Part shown: piece by piece, positions 46,327 to 55,680 of the stretch
How the letters are laid out: each line of letters starts with the position of its first letter
Numbering within the stretch: position 1 is the stretch's first letter
Assembly (NCBI GenBank): GCA_040389905.1
Contig: JAZJZK010000049.1
Coordinates: forward strand, 1-57,964
Reading direction: 5' to 3'
DNA from: Gemmatimonadota bacterium
GTDB taxonomy: Bacteria; Gemmatimonadota; Gemmatimonadetes; Gemmatimonadales; Gemmatimonadaceae
Length of the DNA stretch: 57,964 bases
Notes under the pieces: model-generated
Seen by the model: the letters and a program-made list of their open reading frames with translations, nothing else
Told to the model about the DNA's origin: nothing
Databases searched by the model: none
Translations under genes and position numbers: made by a program

Positions 46327-47622
46327 TCAGCCAAGCGGCTGACCGAAGGCCATCAGCGTGGCGCAGCCCTTCAGTCGAGGATTCTGAAGAATACCCGACG
46401 CAAACGATGCGGCGCCGAGGAGAAATTGAGGGATGACAGCGTCGGGACGGCCCATGGGAGGAAACTCACGGGTGAGGGCGCGCGTGGAAAGGTCGATCAA
46501 CGCCACCTCCGACGGGTATCGCGGAAGCTGCTTCCTTGCGAGCTGGATTGCTTCCGTGACGTCGCCGCGCGAACCAAACGCCAGCTCTCGCAAATTCGTG
46601 CACGGCGTAAAGGACAGCATCGTGAGCATTTCGAATCGAATCCCACGCCGCGCCGTCGAATCCCGTACAATTGCGATCATGGCGGCGCGCGCCTCCGCGG
46701 CACTGCGAGTCGCGGGACCCGCGGCACGCGCGACCTCATTCGACTTCGTCTCATTGAGTGCCTTGAGCGCCGTGGCCTCAGGGTTCTTCGTCAGCGCATA
46801 GTAGTCCGTGAGTGCTGTTCGCCCGATACCGACGAGGATCGCGCCCAAAGACTCATCGATGAGCGTGGTGCCATTGTCGATCAGCACAAATCCCAGCGAG
46901 ACGATCGATCTGAGTACGTTTTCCGCCGAATCACGCTGCTGGCGAGAAAGGTGATATGCGGCCCGAACCTGCGATGCGTATGCGAGCTCCTTCGTGGCCG
47001 CAAACTTCGAGAGTGGCATCTCGAAAACGTGGGCGGAGTCAGGGTACGGAAGACGAAAGCGACCGCCGAGCATATCGACGGCGGGCGCGCGCGTCACGCT
47101 GTCGAGCGTGCGCCAGATCGGTGCCGTTGCCACGCGTTCGAGAAACTCGCGTTCCTCCTTGCTGAATCCTGCTGGGACGAGACCGAGAATCAGGTTGGGA
47201 TTCGGGAGTCCGCGCACCTGCGTTGGTCGGGCCTTGGGAAACAATCCCGGTTCCAACTCCTCGTCTCGCCAGAACGCATCCGCGCGTGACGGTAGCTCGA
47301 CCAACGAAAACGCGGACTTTCGCGTGTCGGCGGGCTGGAGGGCGTTGAATGCCAGTCCCGCCTGCAGTGGCGCGATCGACGGATCCTTCGGCAGCGCGAA
47401 ACGGCGCATCGCGTCTGCCCTGTTGAGCCGCTCGTCGGTGTTGGTATACCTCGGCTGCATGTACGCGCCGAAGCGCTCGCCGAGCACACCGACGAGACCG
47501 AACGGCACGAGCATCGGGATGATGACGACGACGGTCGCGAGAATCGCCGCGGCGCGAAGGAGCGGGTTCGCCTGCGCTTTTCGCTTCGGCGGCGGCTTTA
47601 ATGGGACGTCCGATTCGGTCAT
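46327..47622 (-). CDS. Hypothetical membrane-anchored protein
   Basis: 431 aa ORF with N-terminal TM and mostly helical composition; no family recognised. Confidence 0.75.
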   Translation of the reverse strand: MTESDVPLKPPPKRKAQANPLLRAAAILATVVVIIPMLVPFGLVGVLGERFGAYMQPRYTNTDERLNRADAMRRFALPKDPSIAPLQAGLAFNALQPADTRKSAFSLVELPSRADAFWRDEELEPGLFPKARPTQVRGLPNPNLILGLVPAGFSKEEREFLERVATAPIWRTLDSVTRAPAVDMLGGRFRLPYPDSAHVFEMPLSKFAATKELAYASQVRAAYHLSRQQRDSAENVLRSIVSLGFVLIDNGTTLIDESLGAILVGIGRTALTDYYALTKNPEATALKALNETKSNEVARAAGPATRSAAEARAAMIAIVRDSTARRGIRFEMLTMLSFTPCTNLRELAFGSRGDVTEAIQLARKQLPRYPSEVALIDLSTRALTREFPPMGRPDAVIPQFLLGAASFASGILQNPRLKGCATLMAFGQPLG

Positions 47623-47709
47623 GCGCTAAAACTGCCGTTCGGCGCCCTGTACGCCAGACGTACGGCTCGTTTCGACGTGAAAACTGAAATACCGACACAA
47701 TCGGCCGAA

Positions 47710-47798
47710 TGTCATCCCGAGCGAAGTCGAGGGATCTGCACGAGCTGCCTGTGACGAGGTGCAGACCCCTCGACTCGCGTCGCTCCCTCGGGGTGACA
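47710..47798 (+). repeat. TGTCA-ended REP-like palindromic element (family A1)
   Basis: TGTCATCCCGAGCGAAGTCGAGGGATCTGCAC ... GTGCAGACCCCTCGACTC...CTCGGGGTGACA. Confidence 0.88.
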
Positions 47799-47972
47799 AT
47801 CCGTTCCGACGAATTTCGAACCCGTCGGCTCTCGGCAGCGTCAAAGCTTCAGTCATGGAACGTCACGCTCGTTTTGTCGCCTGAGCCCTTCGTCACTTGT
47901 GCTCCTCGAGGGCAGGCTACGCGAAGGGCCTGCACCTCCGCCGTCACGCAATTCCGTAAACATGGATCAATC

Positions 47973-49670
47973 ATGCGTCGCCTCGTACTTCTGCTAAGCC
48001 TCGCCTCGACTGCCATGCCGGCGCCTGCACAATCGCCGGCAGCGGCTCGGGTGGCCGGCTGGAGATCCGACATCGATTCACTCACCGAGCGCGTCGTTCA
48101 TGGGCATCCCAATCCGTGGGCGCACCTTGCACGCGCGCAGTTCCTCGCCGAATCGAACGCACTGCGCGATAGCGCCGCCGTGCTCGGCGACGCACGACTC
48201 CTTGCCGGCATCATGCGCCTCGCCGCAAGTCTCGGCGACGGCCACACCGGCGTCACCGATCTGGGGCGCGTCGGCACCGAGTGGTTCCCGCTTCGCCTCG
48301 CGCACTTTGCCGACGGTCTCTGGGTCACCGCGATCACGCCGCAGCATCGTAGCGTCGCCGGAGCGCGTGTCGTCGCGGTGGGGGGAATTCCGACCCAGAC
48401 GCTTGTCAGCCGCTGGCTCCAGCTTGCGCCGGGCGACAATGAATTCAACCGGCGCTCCCACTCGGCCATGCTTGCCAATGCTGCCGTGCTGCACGCCATC
48501 GGCGCCACTCCGCACTCTGATACACTTCGGTTGGACGTGGAGATGATCGACGGCCGGCGCGATTCCGTCGTCCTCACGTCAGCGGCACGCGCGGCGTCGC
48601 TCGATTTCGAGCAGTGGGGAGAAATGTTCGCGCCTTCCATGATCGAGGTGACAACGCCATTCGCGCTCGCACCGGACGCAGTCCTTGCGGCGGAGCGAAG
48701 CGCTGCGCTTCCACTGCACCTCCGCGATCGGCGCCCGTACGGATGGACCTATCTCCCTCAGTCACGCACGGTCTATTTTCAGTACAACAACGTCGTCGCA
48801 CAGAGCCGGCGGGTCGTAACGAGCATGCTCGATACCTGGGCCTCCGCGCTCGCATTTGCCGACTCGCAACGCGCCGATCGGCTGGTCCTCGACCTCCGCT
48901 ACAACAGTGGCGGCGACGGCTCGCTGAACCCCGCCTTCATGCGACAGCTCATCAAGCGAGAGTCGCTGACGCAACCGGGCCGCTTCTTTGTGTTGACGAG
49001 TGGCAAGACATTCAGCGCGGCCGCCGATCTCGTCATCGAGTTGATGAAATACACGCAACCGATACTGGTAGGCGAGCCGCCTGGCGTGGGACTCAATGCA
49101 TCGGGTGATGCGGAGCACATCGTCCTACCCTTCAGCAGGATTGGTATCGCGGTATCGACGCGCTACACGCAACTCGCGGCTGACGGTGACACCTCCGGTG
49201 TTATTCCCGTCAATGTCCCTGCCCCGATGCGTGGTGCCGACTGGGTGCGCGGCGCTGATCCCGCACTCGATGCGATCTTGTCGGCTCCCTCACCGTTCCC
49301 GAACATGGTACGCACGCTGCGTGACTCCGGCGGACCCGCGGCGCGTTCGTTCTGGAATTCACTTCGTACGCGCTACGGCTCGCTCACCTGGTGGGAACCC
49401 TGGCGAGCACAGGAGCTCAACCATGTGTCCTTCGCGCTGCTGGAAAAGGGCAAGACGGCGGACGCTATCGAAGGGTTCATCATCAACACCGAGCGCAATC
49501 CGCTCATGTGGCAAACATGGGATTCCCTCGGCGAGGGCTATCTGAAAGCCGGACGCAAGGAGGAGGCACTCGCCTCCTATCTGCGCGCGCTCCAACTCGC
49601 GCCGCACAACTGGAATGCGTCGGAACAGCGCAGGATCGTCGACACCATTCGTGCTGGACAGAACCACTGA
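47973..49670 (+). CDS. Exported S41-like peptidase with C-terminal TPR
   Basis: Signal peptide; LGDGHT, LVLDLRYNSGGD, TFSAA, LVGEP; TPR WDSLGEGY. Confidence 0.82.
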   Translation: MRRLVLLLSLASTAMPAPAQSPAAARVAGWRSDIDSLTERVVHGHPNPWAHLARAQFLAESNALRDSAAVLGDARLLAGIMRLAASLGDGHTGVTDLGRVGTEWFPLRLAHFADGLWVTAITPQHRSVAGARVVAVGGIPTQTLVSRWLQLAPGDNEFNRRSHSAMLANAAVLHAIGATPHSDTLRLDVEMIDGRRDSVVLTSAARAASLDFEQWGEMFAPSMIEVTTPFALAPDAVLAAERSAALPLHLRDRRPYGWTYLPQSRTVYFQYNNVVAQSRRVVTSMLDTWASALAFADSQRADRLVLDLRYNSGGDGSLNPAFMRQLIKRESLTQPGRFFVLTSGKTFSAAADLVIELMKYTQPILVGEPPGVGLNASGDAEHIVLPFSRIGIAVSTRYTQLAADGDTSGVIPVNVPAPMRGADWVRGADPALDAILSAPSPFPNMVRTLRDSGGPAARSFWNSLRTRYGSLTWWEPWRAQELNHVSFALLEKGKTADAIEGFIINTERNPLMWQTWDSLGEGYLKAGRKEEALASYLRALQLAPHNWNASEQRRIVDTIRAGQNH

Positions 49671-50181
49671 CATTTCCGGCGACGACGTCGCATCACGGAG
49701 GTTCTATGACGAACACTTTGACTTCGTCTGGTCCGTCGTGTCGCGCTACGCCGACAGCCAGGACGAGGCGAATGACATGTTGCAGGAGGCGTTCGTGAAG
49801 CTCTTCGCGGGCCTTTCGTCGTTTCGCGGAGCGTCGTCACTGCGGACGTGGGTGTTTCGCGTCGCGTATGGCTCCGCGCTCGATCGCCTCCGCCGCCGAA
49901 AACGCGAACGCCGCTGGGCGCAGGTGTTCCAGCGCCTGGAAGAGCCGGCACCCTCAGCGGTTGCCGATCCGTTGCTGCGCACCCGAATCGCACAGGCCGT
50001 TGCGGCACTGTCATCTCCGCTGAGGGACGTGTTCGTGATGTACGAGATTCACGGGCGTGCGCACGAGGACATTGCGTCAGCGCTCGGTATTCCATTGGGA
50101 ACATCGAAGAGCCGACTGTCCGCGGCGCGCGAGCAGCTCCGCGGCGTGTTGGCGGATGTCTGGGAGGAGCGGCACGGATGA
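49651..50181 (+). CDS. ECF RNA polymerase sigma factor
   Basis: EANDMLQEAFV, FRGASSLRTWVFRVA, DIASALGIPLGTSKSRL; start uncertain (GTG 49651). Confidence 0.88.
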   Translation: MLDRTTDISGDDVASRRFYDEHFDFVWSVVSRYADSQDEANDMLQEAFVKLFAGLSSFRGASSLRTWVFRVAYGSALDRLRRRKRERRWAQVFQRLEEPAPSAVADPLLRTRIAQAVAALSSPLRDVFVMYEIHGRAHEDIASALGIPLGTSKSRLSAAREQLRGVLADVWEERHG

Positions 50182-50588
50182 ACGACGACGAGAGGCCGTT
50201 CGATATCACGCGACTGATCACCGGTGGAGCGCTGCACCGGCCACCCTCGCGCGACGCCGCGTGGTCGGGGATCCTCGCTCGACGGGCGCACGCGCGTGCG
50301 CGTCAACGACAGATGGTGTATGGTGGCGTGCTCGCCGTAATGCTCCTCGCTGCGGCGGCCATTCAATCGCGCCAATTCCTGAGAAGGGAACGTGAGCTTC
50401 GCAGCGCCAGTTCCGACAGACCAGGCAGTCGCGAGAGCATCCGCGTGATCGACGCGTCCCTCCAATCACTCCGCGGGCTTTCGGCCGGCGAAGACGCCGA
50501 ACGCGTTCGAGCGGAAACGGCGTTCCTGCTCGACATCCGCGGCCGAGTGATCGCTGATTCAACTGCTCGTACGGGAGGCTCAGAATGA
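50178..50588 (+). CDS. Putative single-TM anti-sigma factor
   Basis: ATGA overlap with sigma; PPSRDAAWSGI then TM and helical tail. Confidence 0.65.
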   Translation: MNDDERPFDITRLITGGALHRPPSRDAAWSGILARRAHARARQRQMVYGGVLAVMLLAAAAIQSRQFLRRERELRSASSDRPGSRESIRVIDASLQSLRGLSAGEDAERVRAETAFLLDIRGRVIADSTARTGGSE

Positions 50589-51385
50589 TGTTCACGCTGG
50601 CGGCTGCGATTGCCTGTTCGCTTTCACCACGCCTCGCGGTAACTCGAGGCTCCACGGTAGAAATTGTGGCGCGTGTTGCCGATGTCAGTGTCATCGCAGG
50701 TTCTCGCGACGCAATCGAACTCGATGGCGGCACGGCGGACTGCCGTCGGCTCGGAAACGTTGTCCTGCTCGAGGCAAGTGGAGAGACCACGAGGCTTGTC
50801 GTGCGTGTGCCCTCCTGGATGTCCGTGAAGGTGAACGCCTCCCGCGGCGACGTACAGGTCGATGACGTGCTGGCGCCTCTGGACGTCGACGCACTTGCGG
50901 GCGATGTACGCATTCGCGGTGGGCGCGACCGTGTTGTCGTGAAGACGGCATCCGGGGGGGTAGAGGTCGCCGGAGCGACCGGACAGATCGACATTTCGGC
51001 GCAACACCGCCCCGTGCTGCTCACGGGAATTTCCGGCGCGATTCAGCTCGTCAACGTGAACGGAGTCACGACGATGCGCGATATCCGCGCGACGAGGCTT
51101 ACGGCGGTCACCGTGACCGGTGAGATCACTTGTGAATGTACGCCCACGGGTGAGGCGGCCGAGTGGGAGATGCGTGCGAGTAGCGGTGCCGTTCGGCTGT
51201 CGTTGCCTGCCGGCGTCGCCGCCGTCGCGACCCTCGACGCCCCGCGACACGCGGCGACGGTTCGCTATCCGGGTGCCGAGCTTCAGACAGTTGGCTCGCG
51301 ACAGATTGTCGCCGTGCTCGGCAAGGGCGGCGCGCGCATTCGGCTGACGTCGTTTTCCGGTGCGGTGAGTCTGTATCAGCGCTGA
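50585..51385 (+). CDS. DUF4097 family beta-strand repeat protein
   Basis: Repeated S/AGDV-like units, VRVP, C-terminal LGKGGARIRLTSFSGAV. Confidence 0.85.
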   Translation: MMFTLAAAIACSLSPRLAVTRGSTVEIVARVADVSVIAGSRDAIELDGGTADCRRLGNVVLLEASGETTRLVVRVPSWMSVKVNASRGDVQVDDVLAPLDVDALAGDVRIRGGRDRVVVKTASGGVEVAGATGQIDISAQHRPVLLTGISGAIQLVNVNGVTTMRDIRATRLTAVTVTGEITCECTPTGEAAEWEMRASSGAVRLSLPAGVAAVATLDAPRHAATVRYPGAELQTVGSRQIVAVLGKGGARIRLTSFSGAVSLYQR

Positions 51386-51386
51386 C

Positions 51387-51497
51387 TGTCCCCTGCCGAG
51401 CGAAGCGAGTGATTGTCACCCCGCGAAGCGAGTGGAGGGGTCTGCACCTCACCACCAGGCAGCAAGTGCAGATCCCTCGACTTCGCTCGGGATGACA
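51387..51497 (-). repeat. TGTCA-ended REP-like element (family A1), reverse orientation, with an extra half-copy
   Basis: 51414-51497 is a near reverse complement of 47710-47798; partial TGTCCCCTGCCGAGCGAAGCGAG at 51387. Confidence 0.88.
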
Positions 51498-51507
51498 ACC
51501 GAACCAG

Positions 51508-52353
51508 TCAGTGCTGCGCGTGCCTCGGCAGCGTCGCGATGAAGTCGAGGATGGACTTCGACGTCTCCTCGTCGCCGCTTGCCATCTTGCTCCACACCGT
51601 ATTGTGCGTTCGCCCAGCGATCATGTGCGTCGCCACGGGCCGGCCGCCAGCCTGCTTCAGTGCTGAGGCGAAATCGCTTTGCTGCTGCCGTCGCCACGGA
51701 TCGTCACCGTCCGCATACAGGAGCAGGAGCGGCGGTACGCCACTCGCGCGGAGATACGACGCAGGTGACGCCGCGCGCCACTTCGTCGAATCGACGCCCC
51801 ACACATCCTTCGGCCGGTCAGGAGCCACGCCGGACCGCTCGACGTAGAAGAATGCGCTCACCGGCACGACACCACGCAGTTCGCTCGGCTTCATCTGGTG
51901 GGCGCCCAGGTACCGCTCGTCCATCGTGAGGAGCGCGGCGAGATAGGCTCCAGCAGAATGTCCGATGACCACGATCGACGCCGAGTCGCCACCGTACTTC
52001 GCGATGTTGTTCCGCACCCACGCGACGGCCGCCGCGGCGTCCTCGACGTGCGCGGGGTGGGATACGTCGGGTGACAACCGGTAGTTCGGTACGACGGTGA
52101 TGAAACCCTTGGCCGAGAACAAACGGCCGACGAATTTCTCGCCGGACTTCTCACCGGCGCGCAACGCTCCGCCGAAAAATGAAACGATGACCGGCGCGTT
52201 CCGGGCATTCTCCGGGAGGTAGATGTCGAGCATGTCCTTCTTGTTCGCCTGCTCCACTGCCGGCCGATAGTCGACGTCTGTCATGATGCGTGACTGGGCG
52301 CTCATCGTCACCGGAACGATGAGCGCCGCCGCGAGTACTGCGCGCCGCATCAC
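51508..52353 (-). CDS. Exported alpha/beta hydrolase (esterase/lipase)
   Basis: LDIYLP, NYRLSP, GHSAGA nucleophile, terminal His region. Confidence 0.92.
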   Translation of the reverse strand: MMRRAVLAAALIVPVTMSAQSRIMTDVDYRPAVEQANKKDMLDIYLPENARNAPVIVSFFGGALRAGEKSGEKFVGRLFSAKGFITVVPNYRLSPDVSHPAHVEDAAAAVAWVRNNIAKYGGDSASIVVIGHSAGAYLAALLTMDERYLGAHQMKPSELRGVVPVSAFFYVERSGVAPDRPKDVWGVDSTKWRAASPASYLRASGVPPLLLLYADGDDPWRRQQQSDFASALKQAGGRPVATHMIAGRTHNTVWSKMASGDEETSKSILDFIATLPRHAQH

Positions 52354-53525
52354 GGCTTTTTCCAGACGATTCCCTGGTCGCGCGCGACGTCGCCGATGCC
52401 TTTGTAGACGAATTTCTGAAGACGCTTTCCCTCGTACGTCTCCGTCGTATACAGGTTGCCCTTCGAATCGGTCGCGACGCTGTGTACGGCGAAGAACTGC
52501 CCTGGTTGCCGTCCGCCGTCTCCGAACTGGGTAATGACGTCGAGCGACTGGCGGTCCATGACGTAGACACGCTCGTTCTTGCCGTCAGCAAGGAACATCC
52601 ATTTCTGCTGCGGGTCGCGCGAGAAGGCGATATCCCACACCGAGCCATCGCCACGCGTCAGCGGCGCGATGATCTTCTCCTTCACGAACGAACCGTCCTT
52701 CTTGAAGACCTGGATGCGATCATTGGGTCGGTCGCAGACGTAGACCAGGCCATCGTTCGACGGCTCGGCACAGTGCACCGGCGTGCGGAACTGCTTGATG
52801 AGCGGCGCCGCGGGGTCGTACCGGCCATAGTTCGAATCGGATGGCACGTTGCCGTACGCGCCCCAGATCCGCTTGGTCTTCCCCGTCGTCATATCGATGA
52901 CGGCAACACGGTGATTGCCGTACCCATCCGCAATGAACGCCTCATTCGCCTTGGGATCGAACGAAATCTTCGCAACGCGCCCGAAGTGCTCCATCGACTT
53001 GCTGTCCACGGCCTGCTTTGGCGTGCCGATCTGCATCAGAAACTTGCCGTCGTGCGTAAACTTCAGGATGTGCGAGTCACCGACGCCGTTGCCGCCAATC
53101 CACACGTTGTCCTTGTCGTCGATCGAAACACCATGATTGGAGTTCGGCCACTCGTAGCCCGCGCCGGGCCCGCCCCATGCCTTCACGAGGTTGCCGGCGG
53201 GATCGAACTCGAGAATGGGCGGCGCGGAGCGGCAGCACTCACCAATGGGCGGGTTGGCATCCGCACCAACTTCCGTGCGCTGGTTCAGCGTCGAATCGCC
53301 GCGGTGAATGATGAAGATGTGATCCTTGGAGTCCACACCCACACCGATCGTCGACCCCAACACCCAATGATTTGGAAGCGGCTTCGGCCAGTACGGATCG
53401 ACCTCGAAACGCGGCGCCTTGATGGGTGCGGCTTCGGTGGCTGCCTGTAGTGCCGCCTGCCCGACTCCCAAGCCAACGAGCAGCGCGGTCGCAATGCCAC
53501 TGAGTATCATGGTACGTCCCTTCAT
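52350..53525 (-). CDS. Exported NHL-repeat beta-propeller (PAL-like)
   Basis: Signal peptide; FEVDPYWPKPLP, GECC, NHG, ADGYGNHRV, PVHC, VYVCDRPNDRIQVF, AVHS. Confidence 0.88.
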   Translation of the reverse strand: MKGRTMILSGIATALLVGLGVGQAALQAATEAAPIKAPRFEVDPYWPKPLPNHWVLGSTIGVGVDSKDHIFIIHRGDSTLNQRTEVGADANPPIGECCRSAPPILEFDPAGNLVKAWGGPGAGYEWPNSNHGVSIDDKDNVWIGGNGVGDSHILKFTHDGKFLMQIGTPKQAVDSKSMEHFGRVAKISFDPKANEAFIADGYGNHRVAVIDMTTGKTKRIWGAYGNVPSDSNYGRYDPAAPLIKQFRTPVHCAEPSNDGLVYVCDRPNDRIQVFKKDGSFVKEKIIAPLTRGDGSVWDIAFSRDPQQKWMFLADGKNERVYVMDRQSLDVITQFGDGGRQPGQFFAVHSVATDSKGNLYTTETYEGKRLQKFVYKGIGDVARDQGIVWKKP

Positions 53526-53618
53526 CGACAATCTCCCGGCGAGGATGATGGCGTTGGCTGGATGCGGCGATCGGTGTAACTTCGCGGACCGACCGTGACC
53601 GAGATTCTACGGCCCCGC

Positions 53619-54971
53619 ATGCGTTTCCGTCCAGCCCGCCACTCGTTTTTCCTTGTCATTGCCGGTGTCCTGACGTTGACACTGGGCACCGCCGCACCGG
53701 CGAACGCACACGAGATTCCCGGCACCGTTGCCGTGCTCGCCTATGTGAAGCCGGAAGGGCGCGCACTGCATGTCGTCATGCGCGTGCCACTCGAGGCAAT
53801 GCGCGATATCGACATTCCGCTTTCACCACAGGGCTTCCTTGACATCCGCGCCGTGCAGCCGCTGCTCCCGGAAGCTGCCACGCAATGGATCGCCGACTAT
53901 CTCAAGGTGTACGAGAACGGCCGCTTGCTGAAGGGTACGCGCCTCGCTGGTGTGCGGATCTCCTTGCCGTCAGACCGGTCGTTCGTCGAATACCGTACGG
54001 CATCGCTGCACTTTCGCGATCCACCGAACGACGCGGTTACCGACCTGCCCTGGCGGCAGGCGATGCTGGACGTGGCGTTCGACTATCCCATCGAGTCCGA
54101 ACAGTCGGCCTTCTCGATCGACCCCTCCCTCGCCCACCTCGGCGTCCACACCAACACCGTGCTGCGCTTTCTTCCGCCGGATCGGCCGGAGCGAGCCTTC
54201 GCGTATTCCGGCAATCCGGGTCTCGTCGCACTCGATCCGCGATGGCACCAAGCGGCGCGGCGCTTCGTCCAACTTGGCTTCACGCACATCCTGAGCGGAA
54301 TCGATCATCTCCTGTTCCTATTGTGTCTCGTCATTCCACTGCGTCGCCTGCGCCCACTCATCGTCGTGGCGACGTCATTCACGTTGGCCCATTCGATTAC
54401 CCTCGCCATCTCCGCCCTCGGCTTCGCTCCGGACGCGCTCTGGTTCCCGCCACTCATCGAAGTGCTGGTCGCCCTGTCGATCGTCTACATGGCGATCGAA
54501 AACATCGTCGGCGCGCGGCTCGATCGGCGTTGGCTCGTGGCCTTCGCGTTCGGGCTCGTGCACGGCTTCGCGTTCTCCTTTGCGCTACGCGAGTCGATGC
54601 AATTCGGTGGGGCTCACGTGGCGGCATCCCTGCTGGCGTTCAACGTCGGCGTGGAGCTCGCGCAGCTTCTCGTCGTTGCCGTCGCTCTCCCGCTTCTCTC
54701 GCTCCTGTTCCGCCGCGTCGTCGACGAACGTATGGGCACCATCATCCTCTCCGCGTTGGTCGCTCACACGACGTGGCACTGGATGCTCGATCGCGGTGCG
54801 ACGCTGGGACAATATCGTTTTGAATGGCCCCCGCTCGACGCGGCACTCGCCGTGACCGCCATGCGCGGAGCGATGGTCCTCATCATCCTTGCCGGGGCGC
54901 TCTGGTTGCTCGCGGCACTCGGCGATCGGCTGGCGCCCGCCGCCACCGAGCGCGAAGTTGGGGTCGAATGA
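53619..54971 (+). CDS. HupE/UreJ family protein with large periplasmic N-domain
   Basis: Signal ANA|HE; GFTHILSGIDHLLFL, FTLAHSITL, FGLVHG, FNVGVE. Confidence 0.9.
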   Translation: MRFRPARHSFFLVIAGVLTLTLGTAAPANAHEIPGTVAVLAYVKPEGRALHVVMRVPLEAMRDIDIPLSPQGFLDIRAVQPLLPEAATQWIADYLKVYENGRLLKGTRLAGVRISLPSDRSFVEYRTASLHFRDPPNDAVTDLPWRQAMLDVAFDYPIESEQSAFSIDPSLAHLGVHTNTVLRFLPPDRPERAFAYSGNPGLVALDPRWHQAARRFVQLGFTHILSGIDHLLFLLCLVIPLRRLRPLIVVATSFTLAHSITLAISALGFAPDALWFPPLIEVLVALSIVYMAIENIVGARLDRRWLVAFAFGLVHGFAFSFALRESMQFGGAHVAASLLAFNVGVELAQLLVVAVALPLLSLLFRRVVDERMGTIILSALVAHTTWHWMLDRGATLGQYRFEWPPLDAALAVTAMRGAMVLIILAGALWLLAALGDRLAPAATEREVGVE

Positions 54972-55423
54972 AATCGCTTGCCTTGGTGACCGCCCTGCTC
55001 ATTCTTGCGCCGTCAGCCGCACATACACAACAGGTGGACGCGGGCGCTCCCGCAACCACCCGCGCAGGCGTCTACACAGCCGCCCAGGCGGAGCGCGGCC
55101 GAATCACCTACGCCGGGCGGTGCCAATCCTGTCATTCGGCAGCCTCGCACGCCGGGGTCGCCTTCGAGAAGAAGTGGAAGGGTCGTTCGGTAGCCGACCT
55201 GTTCATGTTCGCGAGCACAGAGATGCCGAAGAACGATCCGGGCAGCTTGGACCCCAATGAGTATGCAGACGTCATTGCATACCTGCTCAAGGTGAATACC
55301 ATGCCCGTGGGAAAGCAGGAGCTTCCTGCAGATTCTGCATCGCTCGCGAAGGTATTGATCGAGATTCCACCGAAAGTTGTGAAGAAAGCTGTTCCGGTGA
55401 AAAAGGCTCCGAAGAAGCCGTAG
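54968..55423 (+). CDS. Monoheme cytochrome c
   Basis: Signal peptide; GVYTAAQAERG, CQSCH, MPKNDPGSL; ATGA overlap. Confidence 0.92.
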   Translation: MKSLALVTALLILAPSAAHTQQVDAGAPATTRAGVYTAAQAERGRITYAGRCQSCHSAASHAGVAFEKKWKGRSVADLFMFASTEMPKNDPGSLDPNEYADVIAYLLKVNTMPVGKQELPADSASLAKVLIEIPPKVVKKAVPVKKAPKKP

Positions 55424-55449
55424 TTCGCATTTCAGGAACAGCGGTTTTT

Positions 55450-55628
55450 AACCACAGAGGACACAGAGGAACACAGAGAAAGCAATGGAGTCCGTGCTGC
55501 GCGACGAAGGCGTCCAGAGGTCGCATAGCTTAGTTCATGCAGTCCTCTGTGTCCTCTGTGTCCTCTGTGGTTCATTGCAGTTGCAGTTCCCGCATTCCTC
55601 CGCGAACCTCTGCGACCTCTGCGGTGAA
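55450..55628. repeat. CACAGAGG-type palindromic repeat element (family C) plus CCTCTGCG variant
   Basis: AACCACAGAGGACACAGAGGA ... TCCTCTGTGTCCTCTGTGGTT inverted pair, then CCTCCGCGAACCTCTGCGACCTCTGCGGTG. Confidence 0.85.
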
Positions 55629-55680
55629 AGCTTTGCGGCTGTTGCGGCAACAACTCTCAACTTGACGTGAGGATTGACGC

